Assembly (NCBI GenBank): GCA_036867785.1
Contig: CP145412.1
Coordinates: forward strand, 682,001 to 746,000
Origin: Plasmodiophora brassicae
Lineage: Eukaryota
DNA: 64,000 bases
Direction of reading: 5' to 3'
How positions within the stretch are numbered: position 1 is the stretch's first letter; the number at the start of each line of letters is the position of its first letter. This document shows positions 1-11,018 of the stretch, in pieces. The notes beneath the pieces were generated by a model. It did no database searches and was not told the DNA's origin. It saw nothing but the letters and a program-made list of their open reading frames with translations. Both the position numbers and the translations under genes were made by a program.

Positions 1-14
1 GTTTTTTACAAGCC

Positions 15-593
15 TGTTTTTTACGTGTAAAATACACTACCCAGGAACCAACTTTACACTGTAAAATACAGGTAACGTAAGGGTTTCCCGATCCGTCCCA
101 GAGCCTTCGTTGCGCGTGCGCGTCGTCGTCGTCGGGGGCGAGCGGAATCACGAGCCCTGCAACCACGTGCACTCCCGGCTACGCGCTCGACTATCGGGAT
201 GCAACGTCGAACAAGGAACTGGGATCGCATTAAAGTGCCCAGATGACTCGCCGTACAAAGATACGCGAGATGACTCCCTTCACACGTTGAACCGGCCGGT
301 CGCTTGCTTCGCCTAAGGCTCTTCGTCAAATTTGACGAAGAGCCAGACGATGATTCCGATGACGAAGACGCAACTCGACTGGAGTTCGCAGGGTTCGTTG
401 GCATTGCCGAGCCAGGCACACTTCCCGAGGCGATTTCGGACACACACTTGTACCCCGTTGGTGACGAAGAGGTCATCGAATCTGGTCGGGTTGTCAGGAC
501 CGTGACCATGGTATGAAGGCGTACTGCGCGGGGGGCGCAGCCCCCTGCTGTTTTAAACATGTTTTTTACGTGTAAAATACATGTATTTTACAC
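15..593. repeat. AT-rich 22-bp direct repeat pair, 24-bp perfect palindrome and GC hairpin; possible mobile-element end
   Basis: TGTTTTTTACGTGTAAAATACA at 15-36 and 560-581; TGTAAAATACA again at 60-70; GTGTAAAATACATGTATTTTACAC (570-593) equals its own reverse complement; GGGGGC-GCA-GCCCCC hairpin at 531-545. Confidence 0.6.
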
Positions 594-699
594 TCAACCA
601 GCCATTCTCTGTTTTTAACAATTCCATAGTCGAGCAGCTGCTGCGCCCAGCCAGCGCCGTCATTTTGGTATTTGTGGGTCGGGGGCGGGTCGTTGGGCC

Positions 700-1464
700 A
701 TGTGGACGCTGGTGGTGTCGTCGTCGGCGGCGAACGTCGGCGCCGAGCGCCGGTTCGACCCGTCGATGACGGTACGGGACCTGAAGGAGAAGCTGTGGCC
801 GATCGTCGGGACGGCGCCGGCGCATCAGCAGTTGCAGGTCGGCGGGCGCCTGCTGACCGAGGCGGATGACTGCCTGGCGTTGCATGCCGTCCCTGGATTC
901 GCGGATCGGGCGCATGTGAACGTTATCGATACGGACCCGTTCAAGAACGTTGCCGCTCTGCAGGCCTCAAATCAATCCGTCGAGAAGTACCGAATGGATG
1001 ACGAGACGTACAGCCAGAGGAAAGGTGCGAGGCCGTTTCGTTAATTGCCCGGTCGACAGCACTCAACGTTCGAAGCAGACACGTTTCGAAAGTTCAAGGA
1101 GTCGTTGAGGGCCGACGAGGGAAGCGTATTGTCACGCAACGAGGCGCAACGCGCCCAGGAACGGGAACGGCAGGAAGCTATCTCAAAAGACCTCCAGGTG
1201 TCATCTCGGTGTCAGCTGCATGGCCTTCGGGGCAGCATCGAGTACGTTGGGCCAATGATGGGACGCACCGGGCCCTGGGTCGGTGTGAAACTCGACGAGC
1301 CGGCGTCCTCGGCTACGCTGAAAGCCACGGACGGGTCCGTCGCAGGACATCGATACTTCGATGCTCAACCTGGATACGGGGTGTTCGTTCGCCCGGACGA
1401 GGTTGAGCAGGGGAATTTCCCTGTGAAGGATCTGTTCGACGATGATGAAGATGAAGAGATTTAA
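700..1464 (+). CDS. TBCB: Tubulin-folding cofactor B (ubiquitin-like + CAP-Gly domain), 2 exons
   Basis: Ubl N-terminus (TVRDLKEKLWPIVGT...VIDTDP), VEKYRMDDETY, CAP-Gly (WVGVKLDEP...DGSVAGHRYF...GYGVFVRP), C-terminal DEEI. GT-AG intron 1025-1078 joins the two ORFs in frame (RK-D-TFRKF). Confidence 0.92.
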
Positions 1465-1574
1465 TGCTTCCGTGGTAGAAAGGCACAAATGACAGTTGCG
1501 GTAGGTTGACTCACACGCCAGTGTTGATTCACTGTCCTCTAACCAGCTGGGCAATCTGACGCCCTGGTTTCGCG

Positions 1575-1934
1575 ATGGTTAACGGCGCTGATATTGGCGA
1601 TGTGTCCAATATGGACGGCCTTCGGCAAGCTCTTCGTTTGGTGAGCGCGATCGCTGACGATGACGATGAAGTTGTCGGTGCTTCGGAGGTGTATCGCCCA
1701 AAGGAGGTTTCCCGTATCAGGGCTGCAGTCGGCCTGACAGGTGGTATTGCGGTTTCCAGCGCCCTGGCATTGGCGGGGGAGGCGTTAGTCGGCGAGACCC
1801 TCACCCTCGCTGCCTCGAGTGCCATCGGCGTCGCCACTGGTGGCGCCCTATTTGTTGGCGTTGCGGTGGCTGGCGGCATCGGATACACCGCCTTGAGACG
1901 TTATCGAAATCTGAAGGGCGCTGCCGCCAAATGA
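1575..1934 (+). CDS. Small hypothetical membrane protein with Gly/Ala-rich hydrophobic segments
   Basis: ATG-initiated 119-aa ORF with Gly-zipper-like hydrophobic stretches and a basic tail; no recognised family. Confidence 0.45.
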   Translation: MVNGADIGDVSNMDGLRQALRLVSAIADDDDEVVGASEVYRPKEVSRIRAAVGLTGGIAVSSALALAGEALVGETLTLAASSAIGVATGGALFVGVAVAGGIGYTALRRYRNLKGAAAK

Positions 1935-2686
1935 ACGCCCGAGGTTTGTTTGCGTCTGCATTGAAATATAAACGACGGTGCATGTGCATCCCACTCAATG
2001 GTTAACGCTCTTCACAGTGGCACGAAAGGTCGGGTCCCGCCGTATGGCTCCTCTTCCTGCAACACGATCGTGATGCGCGTCGGGACGTGTCAAACCAGCA
2101 CCCGCGCAATGATGCGGACGTGGTCAGTGATCGCCTCAGTGAGGATAGCGAGGCGCGTTACGGCGTCGTCGACCGTCAGGCACTTCTGGGCAGGACACAC
2201 CCCGTCCACGACGTATCGCTCGGATTCGTGAGCCGATCCATTGACAGCGACAGCATCTGGCGTCCTCGATGAACCATTCCCCGAACACACTTGAGCGCCA
2301 CGATCAGCCAGCACTGCGCCCTGCCAGCGTCGAACATCGTCGCTGACGACTGCATGAGGTCAGGGAATCCACGGGTCCCATGATGAACCACACGCCGGTG
2401 CGCGGCACGAGACGCACAGTGTGCAACGTGTACAGTACCATCGCTCCGTGTGCCCATTTCCGGGGAGGCGTGTCACAGCAGCATCGCAGCGTGCGTCGCG
2501 CTCTATGTGTGTGACGCGCCGTGCAGGATCATGCCGTTCCAATTGTCGTTGCGAAGAGCAGCAGTACAGTCAGTGACGAGGTGCGATCCGGACGCACAGG
2601 GCGTCATTGGCACGTTGAGGCGCGACTACGTCGTCGACACGTCGCCAAGCACCGCCGGCACCCCCGCCCCCACCACCGCCGTCAGC

Positions 2687-3598
2687 ATGATCTCGTTAAA
2701 CATGGTGCTGCCGCCAGCACCACCCGCCCTCCACTACCATCGCGCCCCTCCACAGCAACCAGTTTCAGCGCTGCCTGCCCCCGTCAAGGAACCGCCGGCA
2801 ACATCGTACTCGATTGGGTCTCGGATCATCGCCGTCACCCCCGATGGTCGTCGTCGTCGTGGCGTGCTGCTGTCGATCCCGGAGCACCCGTCCACCTGGT
2901 TCTCCGTCCTGCTCGACGGCCCCGGCCACGAGATCGTGTCGCTGCGTCGTGGGGCCATCTTCCAGGCCAACGAGGCCGGCGTGTCCCGCAACTCGAACCC
3001 GGATTGGGTCGGCCAGCGCTGCGACATCCGTCACGGTCGCCACCGGGGGCAACAGGGCCTGATCGTCACGTACGCCGGGGACCGGTTCAGGATCATCGTC
3101 AGCGGGCGCGACAAGGCCATCGTCGTCCCCTGCGCCTACGTCGCCCTGTCCGGATCCGTTATGCAACGCGGCAGGCACGGGGACACCATGGCGGGCACGC
3201 GCGTCCGGATCGTCGTCGGGCACCTCGCCGGGCAACAAGGCATCGTTCGACATTCGATTCGTGGCCTGTACGCGGTGGGCCTCGTTGACGCCCGCGGTCA
3301 CCTGGTCGTCGTCATGAAGAAGGGCGTCGACCTTCGCCGGCTGTCCGATGTCGTCGAGCAGGGCGCCGACCAGAACATGAAGACGGCGGCAGGGATCCTG
3401 CTGGGCATCATGGACAACACGCAGAGGCCGTGCAAGCGACCGCTCGACAAGGCGGGCGCTGTCGTCGTCGTCGTCGACGACAGCGCCGAATCGTGCGAGA
3501 ACAGGGACGCCGGCGCCAACAGCCACCACCAGCACGTCGCCAAGCGGGCCAGCACGGGCGGCCTGGCGCGGGTCCCGTTCGGCACGAGATCAGATTAA
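2687..3598 (+). CDS. Hypothetical protein with tandem KOW/SH3-like motifs (start uncertain)
   Basis: Repeated KOW-like segments VGQRCDIRHGRHRGQQGLIV and AGTRVRIVVGHLAGQQGIV, plus IGSRIIAVTPDGRRRRGVL; Pro-rich N-terminus. Confidence 0.55.
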   Translation: MISLNMVLPPAPPALHYHRAPPQQPVSALPAPVKEPPATSYSIGSRIIAVTPDGRRRRGVLLSIPEHPSTWFSVLLDGPGHEIVSLRRGAIFQANEAGVSRNSNPDWVGQRCDIRHGRHRGQQGLIVTYAGDRFRIIVSGRDKAIVVPCAYVALSGSVMQRGRHGDTMAGTRVRIVVGHLAGQQGIVRHSIRGLYAVGLVDARGHLVVVMKKGVDLRRLSDVVEQGADQNMKTAAGILLGIMDNTQRPCKRPLDKAGAVVVVVDDSAESCENRDAGANSHHQHVAKRASTGGLARVPFGTRSD

Positions 3599-3663
3599 CA
3601 GGCCGACGCCAACCACCTACCAATGAACGCCCGCCCCCATGCACCTGCGTCTGCGCCCGTTTA

Positions 3664-6579
3664 TCAGATGATATCAGCCGGTTCTGCAGGGTGGTCGGCG
3701 ACGGCGGCGGGCGCGGCCGACGGTTCGTCGACGTTGATGACGGCGATGTGCGGTTTGGCGTTGGTTCGGATGGCGGGCACCGCCGCCGCTGGCTTCCGTT
3801 TCCGGGAGCAGCCCTCGATCCAGCCCTGCACGACGAAGATGAAGCAGAAGAACAGCTTGAACATGTTGATGCCGAAGAAGACGAGGTAGGTCGCCAGCAG
3901 GTACCCGTTCTTCGAGACGTTCATCTGCGAGATCAGCTCGTAGAACAGGGCGTTGGACGCCAACCACCCTGGACGGTGTATCAGACGCGCCCGGCGAACG
4001 ACGACGCCCGGCCTGGTACGTACCAATGACCATGTTGGAGCGGAACGTCCTGAATTTGGCGTCGACGGCCTCCAGCGTCTCCTTCCGTTTGGCGATCTGC
4101 TCGGCCTGCGCCTCCTTCTGTTTCCGGTTGGCACTCTCGCCGAGGTCGCTGTTCTCGAGGCCCTTGGTGCCCCACGAGATGTCGTGGATGTTGCAGTAGG
4201 AGTAGATCGGGAACCCGATCAGGAACGTGGGCAGCAGGAAGAAGTACTGGAGGATGCTGACGGACACGGCGAACACCTGCCCGTGCAACACCCCAGCGGC
4301 GAAGTACACGGCCACGCTGCCTGCGACACGACGCGCGTCAACACCACACACACAGAGGGAAGCAGAGCAGGCGACCCACATATGGAGGCGATGACCGCCA
4401 GCAGGTTGGCGAAATCCCCGTTGAGGTTGGCATGGACCAGCAGGTTGGCATTGATGCCCAGGACGTACATGAAGAACACGCCGTAACCGAACGCACAGAA
4501 GTAGTAGACCATGGGCAACTCGTCGGGTCGATTCCCCAGGCCGGCAACGCACTGGACCAGCGTCAGCGTGAGGAACAGGGCCCTGAAGATCTGCGAGGCC
4601 AGGTCGTCGCTGCTGCCGGTGGTGGAGGAGCCGGCGACGCCCGCGTTGCTCAGCGTGGCCTGAACGGCGAACTCGAACATGAGGTAGAACGTGGCCAGCA
4701 GGAACCATTGCAGAAAGATGTTGATGCCGTAGAACGCGAATTGCAGGCCGACGAACGCCTTCCGCCACCGGGGGTGCACCGAATTGTTGACGAACGACGG
4801 GAAGTTGGCGAGGGCGTACACCATGGCGAAGAGCGACCCGTTCAGCCAGCGACGACGCTGCTTGATCAGGTCGACTAGGGATTCGGGCACATCGGTGGCC
4901 GCCTTGGAGTCCTTCACGTACCGCAGCGTCCACTGGTGGCCCTTCTCGGCCAGCACCTCGAAACACAGGATACGGTCTTCGGCCAGGTACATGTTGCCCT
5001 TGAAAGGGGCTGCGGACGGCACGTCAGCGCACGAGTGCACGAACCAGAGAGCGAGCGAGAGGCGTACAGATGGAGTTGATGTCGCTGCTGATCTGCTTGA
5101 AGTACTGGTTCAGGGGTTCGCCCTCGATCGCCTCGTACCGGTAGGCGCTGAAGGCACCGGGCAGGACGCTGATGAACCCGAACACGCTCTCCATGGACTT
5201 GTCCAGGATGGTGGCCAGCTTGTACTCGAACTGCTGGGCGGCGACGAACGGGTTGATGCTGGCCGTCGTCCGGGTCGTGATCTCGCCGCAGCACCCGCCA
5301 ATCATCGGGTCGCGCTCCATCGCGTCGAACAGCTTCAGGATGGCGGTCGCCTCCGGTTTCGTGCCGACGTCCACCATGAAGCAGTACTTGGGGCGCAGCT
5401 GGGCGGAGAACGCGTTGAAGAACCAGTGGTGCGAGTCGAGCTTGCCCCGGTTGTGCTCCTTCAGCGCGAAGATCGTCTGCAACGGCTTCTCTTCCCGGTT
5501 GACGAAATCGCCCGGCATCTTCAGCGTCGACTCAAACAGGTGCTGTACGACACAGCCATGGGCGGGGGCCATTCGGAGCGACACGCGACGCTCGCCGCGC
5601 TTACCAGCTTGATGTGCGGGCTCTTGTCCAGAGCGCTGTGCATCATGTTGGAGTCGAAGATCTTGTTCTCCTCAAGATAGTCCAGCGACGCCTTCGACGA
5701 CTTGTGGCGCCCGTCGGCGACGATGCAGACGCAGATGTTCTGCCACGCGTCCTGCCCGTACGCCTCGTTGAACGTGTCCAGGTTGCGCATGATGCCCTTC
5801 AGCGTGCGCTTCAACTCGTCGACGTCCTCGTTGTACATCGTCACGACGATGAACACGGTGATCGTGCGCTCCTTGAGGATCTCGCGCAGCGAGTACTTGG
5901 ACCCGAACTGGTTCGCGTCGCACTCGACGGGCGTGTACCTGCGGGAGCGACGTGTGAGACGCCAGGCCGACGTGGTTCGACCAGCAGGTGGGTGTACCTC
6001 ATGCCGAACTCGCTGCTCTTCTCGCTGCTGTCGACGTCGTCGGGTGGCAGGACGTCATGGTGCGACATGAACTGGTAGTGCTGATCGGGAGCGGACCGGG
6101 CCGACGTGTACGAGTAGACGGACGGCGGGTGGTACCCGGACGCGGATCCCGACTTCATGCCCGACGCCGAGAACGCCTTGACGCTGGCCGCATAGCTGGC
6201 CGCGCCCGACTTGATGGCCGGAAGGGGCACGACGCGCGGCCGGGCAACGCCCCGAACCGGAACGGGGCTGTCGATCGACGCCGACCGGGCGTCATCGTTC
6301 TCGTACGAGGTCGACGGCGACGCCGGCCCCGTTGACGTATCCGCCGAGCTTGTCGAGCGGTTCCGTCGTCGACGTGGGACCGGTGGCGACGTGTCCGCCC
6401 CGCGCTGCTGGTCGAGGTCGCCCTGTCGTGGCGGTCGCACCTCGATGACTGGCCTAGGAGCGGCCCTACAGGAACGAACCGGTCAGCGTTGCGCTCGACG
6501 CGCGCTGTCACGCCACGTCTGACCTGGTCTGGCGAACGGCGTTGACCCGAAAGTCGTTGTCGTCGTCCGAGTCGGACAT
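3664..6579 (-). CDS. CHS: Chitin synthase (GT2, division-1-like), multi-exon
   Basis: Motifs [75 protein letters not shown]. First exon MSDSDDD at 6579 joins via intron 6523-6466 in frame. Confidence 0.93.
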
Positions 6580-7612
6580 GGTTTGTGCTGGGTCTCACGG
6601 CGGAGACGACAACAGGTTCCCCGGGTGATATCTCGTCGCTGGTTTGAGAACGATCGCGGAGGGAGGCGCGTGCCCCAGTCGCGCCCCGAATCTCCTGTTC
6701 GAGATTGCAGGTCTGTCTGTACCTTCGATTGTATTCCAGTCACTGCCCGACGACGGTGTCGTCGCCCGAATACACGTTACGTAGAGGGGTTGCTGTCAAC
6801 GTGGCGGAGGAGGCGGCGTGCCTGTCGACTCCAGGACGCGGCGTTGCTGGTGTACAAGTCAGAGGTTGCCCCGCATACTTCCTCAGGCAGGCTGCTGGAC
6901 GGCTCGCGGGTCACATACACAGACGACCTGGGCTGCGCGTCTCGTCAGAAGCGGCATGGGCCAGCAGGAGGTCAGAAAGCAACCTCAGTACCGGAACGTC
7001 CGCAGCTAGAGGCGTCCAGCGCGCCTCAAGGTCCCCAATAGAACGGTGAATAGCAGCCATTGAACGTGTTAGGCACGGCCCCCACTGACCCGGCAGCCCA
7101 TAGTGCCGGAGCACATAACTAGGAGACTCGACTACGGGTCTGGGTTGGTAGATAGACAGCATGTGTGTAACTCAGAAGGGTGAAGTGGACCGACGACGGC
7201 AATCTTGACAGGATTGGGCGATCTAGCGTGCCCGTCCTGATGTCGTCCAGTGGTCCAAGTCCGATATGGCACCGGAGCGGAGGAGGGAAGCCAGCGACAA
7301 ATGAAGTACCGTCGAGGGCAGTGTGCTACTGTATGGCGACCCTAATGTTCCCGATCCGTGGCCGCGGAACGCCTTTCAGTGAATACACGAATTCACATAA
7401 GGCAAAGGGCATCGTGATGACGATGATGACGATGCCGACTGTTGGCAAAGATATTTGCAAATTCGACCCGTGTTTGCCGTCGAGAGATGGGCATGTCGAT
7501 AGGTACAGGTGTTCCACGCTTGCAGCGCGACAACTTTGGGGCCAGCCACGCGTCAGGGCAAGTCCGCGGGAAAGTCCACGGACTCCGCCACGGACTCGGA
7601 CAACCGACGAGG

Positions 7613-9754
7613 ATGCCTTCGCCTCGCCGCGCTAAGAGGTTGTCTGCACGTCGCGATGAAGTAGCTGTGATTAAGTCGCTCTCAGAGCGAGTACTAGCCG
7701 AGGCCCCGGAACCGGGGTCGCGAACTTTCTCTTCCGGTAAGACATTCGCGTCGTTACCACTGTCGTCTCGGACGCAGCGTTGCCTTGCAAACTGCAAGTA
7801 CACCCGAATGACGGGTGTTCAGCGCGCATGCCTTCCTCACGCGTTGGCTGGTCGCGACATCCTTGCTACCGCTCGAACGGGTTCCGGCAAGACGCTCTGT
7901 TTTCTGATTCCGCTTCTCGAACGACTTTATCGTCAGCGCACTTGTGATTTGTCGGGTTGCTCCGCTCTTGTTATCGCGCCAACTCGGGAACTGGCCATGC
8001 AGATCTTCACGGTCCTCAACGAAATCGGTGCGAACCATGACCTGTCAGCTGGGTTGCTCATAGGCGGGACAGATTTCGCAAGCGAGCAACCTGTTCTGGA
8101 TCGTGTAAATATCGTCATTGGGACGCCCGGTCGGATCCTGCATCATATGACACATACCGCGTCATTCAACACGGATAACGTTACGACGCTCGTGTTGGAC
8201 GAAGCGGATCGCTGCCTTGACATGGGATTCGCCGCCACGATCGATGGGATCCTCTCAGCGCTGCCGAAAGACCCGCATCACGTTCGCCAGACAATGCTGT
8301 TTTCGGCGACGAAAACCTCGCCGGTGGAGGCTTTGGCGCGGTGCAATCTGCACAACCCTGAGGTCATCGACGTCCACGACACGGCCGTGCCTGCGAAATT
8401 GCTGCATTCGTACATGATCGTCGAACCTTCGCAGAAAATTGACATCCTGTACTCGTTCATTAAGCAGCACGCAGCCCAGAAGCTCCTGGCGTTCGTCACA
8501 TCCCGCAAGCAGGTCCGATTCCTGTACACGGCGCTGAGCGCTGTCGATTCATCGATCGCCGTCTATCAGCTCCAAGGTGGAATGACACAGGTACGCCTGA
8601 TCGTTGCGCATCGTTGCCGTCCGCATAATCACAACGTACAGGTGCAACGGCAACGCGTATACCAAGAGTTCTGTGAGGCTGAGCGCGGCTGTCTGATCGC
8701 GACCGACGTTGCTGCTCGGGGACTGGATTTCCCGAACATCCAATACGTGGTCCAGGTCGACTGCCCGGATTCTCGTGAGACGTACGTTCACAGAATCGGT
8801 CGGACCGCGCGGCACCATTCGTCAGGCAGGGCTGTCATGTTACTGCTCGAAAGCGAACGTGCCATGGCCGACCGTTGTGGCCCACTGAGGCGTGTGCGCG
8901 TCAACCCGCAGATGCTGGCCAAGTCACTTCGTGAGCGGTTCGCATCGCTGCTGGCGTCACGATCCGATATCAAGTACTTGGCGCAGAGTGCCTGCGCCAG
9001 TTACTGTCGCGCGATCTTCAAGCAGAAGGACAAGGAGATCTTCAAGCTCGAAGAGATCGACCTGGCAGGCCTTGCTTTGTCGATGGGGCTGCCCGCCCCA
9101 CCACAAATCCGGTGCGTTAAGAAGAAGACGGAAACGGCGACCAAGAAGAACCGGTGCCTCGATAACGAGAACGCACTGCAACGAAAGAAAGCAGGAGCTG
9201 CTGCGGCTGACGATAAAGTGTCACGACTGCTGCGACGAGTCAACACCGACGTGTACGACCCGTCCCGCGAACGCCTGCGTGCCGACAATGACGATGATGA
9301 GGACGACGACGGGCTGGTTCCTGTATCTCGAGCGGACAGCGGTGCTGAGGAAGACGCGGGGCTGGTTCCTGTTTCTGGCGGTCGATCGGAAAGCGAGGGC
9401 GACGACGATACGCAAGAGGTCCGCCCGGGCAAGGTTGCAACCGCCGACCGCACCACGATCCGGCACGGCAAGGACGCATACGGGCACACGCTGCGCCAGA
9501 ACTTGCACGTCGCCGACGTGACTGTCGACAAACCGGCGGAAGCCGAGCGCGTCAAGGACCTGCATCGATCCGCGAAACTGAAACGCAAGCGCCGCCTGAT
9601 GAAGCGTAACGCGCCGCCGACTCTGGCCGTCAGCGACAGCGACGACAGCAGCGCCGGCGCTGCGTCCCAGGACGATTCCGGCGACGGCAGCGACGACGAC
9701 GACGACTACGAGCGACGTGCCAAACGCATTCTTGAGCAGCGCGCGCAGTCATAA
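7613..9754 (+). CDS. DBP4: DEAD-box RNA helicase, DBP4/DDX10-like
   Basis: Q motif, ARTGSGKT, PTRELAMQIF, TPGR, LDEADRCLDMGF, SAT, ARGLDFP, HRIGRTAR; HDLSAGLLIGG and C-terminal extension typical of DBP4; likely in-frame intron 8591-8641. Confidence 0.85.
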   Translation: MPSPRRAKRLSARRDEVAVIKSLSERVLAEAPEPGSRTFSSGKTFASLPLSSRTQRCLANCKYTRMTGVQRACLPHALAGRDILATARTGSGKTLCFLIPLLERLYRQRTCDLSGCSALVIAPTRELAMQIFTVLNEIGANHDLSAGLLIGGTDFASEQPVLDRVNIVIGTPGRILHHMTHTASFNTDNVTTLVLDEADRCLDMGFAATIDGILSALPKDPHHVRQTMLFSATKTSPVEALARCNLHNPEVIDVHDTAVPAKLLHSYMIVEPSQKIDILYSFIKQHAAQKLLAFVTSRKQVRFLYTALSAVDSSIAVYQLQGGMTQVRLIVAHRCRPHNHNVQVQRQRVYQEFCEAERGCLIATDVAARGLDFPNIQYVVQVDCPDSRETYVHRIGRTARHHSSGRAVMLLLESERAMADRCGPLRRVRVNPQMLAKSLRERFASLLASRSDIKYLAQSACASYCRAIFKQKDKEIFKLEEIDLAGLALSMGLPAPPQIRCVKKKTETATKKNRCLDNENALQRKKAGAAAADDKVSRLLRRVNTDVYDPSRERLRADNDDDEDDDGLVPVSRADSGAEEDAGLVPVSGGRSESEGDDDTQEVRPGKVATADRTTIRHGKDAYGHTLRQNLHVADVTVDKPAEAERVKDLHRSAKLKRKRRLMKRNAPPTLAVSDSDDSSAGAASQDDSGDGSDDDDDYERRAKRILEQRAQS

Positions 9755-9767
9755 AAATGTGAATCGA

Positions 9768-9850
9768 CTGTCAGGGCGTGCAGCTTCTAGCCTGTGCTGT
9801 TCGGGAGTGCAGCTTCTAGCGTGCTGTCAGGCGTGCAGCTTCCACTGTGT
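9768..9850. repeat. Three-copy ~27-bp minisatellite upstream of ATCase
   Basis: Core GTGCAGCTTC(TAGC) at 9778, 9807 and 9833, each preceded by a CTGT..GG-like segment. Confidence 0.75.
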
Positions 9851-9920
9851 GACTGTGCGCGGCTTGGTTTTGCTTGCAGCGCGCGCAGCATGCCATTTTG
9901 CCCGCGGGTCGCTGAGGGGG

Positions 9921-10844
9921 ATGAAGACGGACGTGATCTCGTGTGCGTCGATGACGCGCGCCTGGCAGGAGGCGATGTTCGCTCGGGCAGCGCACTGGGA
10001 GGCGGCGGCGCAGTCGGCGCCGGTCGACCAGCCGCTTCGTGGCCGGGTTCTGGCGACCGTGTTCTACGAGGCGTCGTCGCGGACGTCGTCGTCGTTCCAG
10101 GCGGCCATGCTGCGTCTGGGCGGGACGGTCGTCCCGGTGCACTCCGAGTGGTCGTCGGTCACGAAAGGAGAGTCCCTGGAGGATACGATGCGGACCATGG
10201 CGTCGTATGCCGATGCAATTGTGCTTCGGCACCCTGAAACGGGGTCGGCAAAGCGGGCCGCCGACGCCGTTCCCAACTGCCCTGTGATCAATGCGGGCGA
10301 CGGTATTGGGGAGCACCCGACGCAGGCGCTTCTGGACGTCTACACGATTTGGAAGGAACGCCCGGGGCACGATATCGATGGGCTGACAGTGACGATTGCT
10401 GGCGACCTGCTACATGGTCGGACCGTGCACTCCCTGATCAAGCTGTTGAACACGTACTCAATAGGCAGGATCAATCTCATCAGCCCCGAATCGCTGCGAT
10501 TGCCTGATACCGTTGTCAAGGAGATTCGCGCTCCTGTTCACGTCGGCACGCAGCTGGACGACGTGCTTCCAGCGACGGACGTACTCTACATGACGAGGAT
10601 ACAGAAGGAGCGTTTCGCCAAAATCGAAGACTTCGAGACGGTTCGAAATTCGTTCTGCCTGACACGAAAAGTCATGTCGGCCGCCAAGCCGACCTGTATC
10701 ATCATGCATCCTCTGCCGAGAAACGCGGAAATCCATCCCGAACTGGATTCCGACCCCAGATCCGCCTACTTCAGACAGATGCGGAACGGTATGTTTGTTC
10801 GTATGGCGATCCTCGAGCACGTCGTGCCACGCTTCCCTGCATGA
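9921..10844 (+). CDS. pyrB: Aspartate carbamoyltransferase, monofunctional, intronless
   Basis: FYEASSRTSSSF, KGESLEDT, INAGDGIGEHPTQALLD, GDLLHGRTVHSL, YMTRIQKER, MHPLPR, YFRQMRNGMFVRMA. Confidence 0.95.
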   Translation: MKTDVISCASMTRAWQEAMFARAAHWEAAAQSAPVDQPLRGRVLATVFYEASSRTSSSFQAAMLRLGGTVVPVHSEWSSVTKGESLEDTMRTMASYADAIVLRHPETGSAKRAADAVPNCPVINAGDGIGEHPTQALLDVYTIWKERPGHDIDGLTVTIAGDLLHGRTVHSLIKLLNTYSIGRINLISPESLRLPDTVVKEIRAPVHVGTQLDDVLPATDVLYMTRIQKERFAKIEDFETVRNSFCLTRKVMSAAKPTCIIMHPLPRNAEIHPELDSDPRSAYFRQMRNGMFVRMAILEHVVPRFPA

Positions 10845-11018
10845 CCAGGAACAGATACAACCGTCCCAGTTTCCTTAACTTCACTTAACTGGGCCGTACT
10901 TAGCTGTTCAAGAGACTATCTGTTTCGGACAGAGAGATTAATCCCAGGTTCCGGGGAGACCGGGGTTTCGCGTTTCGTAACGATCACCGTTAACCGTGTT
11001 GGCTAGTATCGCTGCGAG

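Noticed and set aside
9300-9380. Short internal duplication GLVPVS...GLVPVS in DBP4 tail
   Set aside because: Lies in a low-complexity acidic region; no functional implication.
9921-10844. Stand-alone intronless ATCase as HGT or novelty
   Set aside because: Unfused ATCase is normal outside the CAD-bearing lineages, and several native genes here are also intronless.
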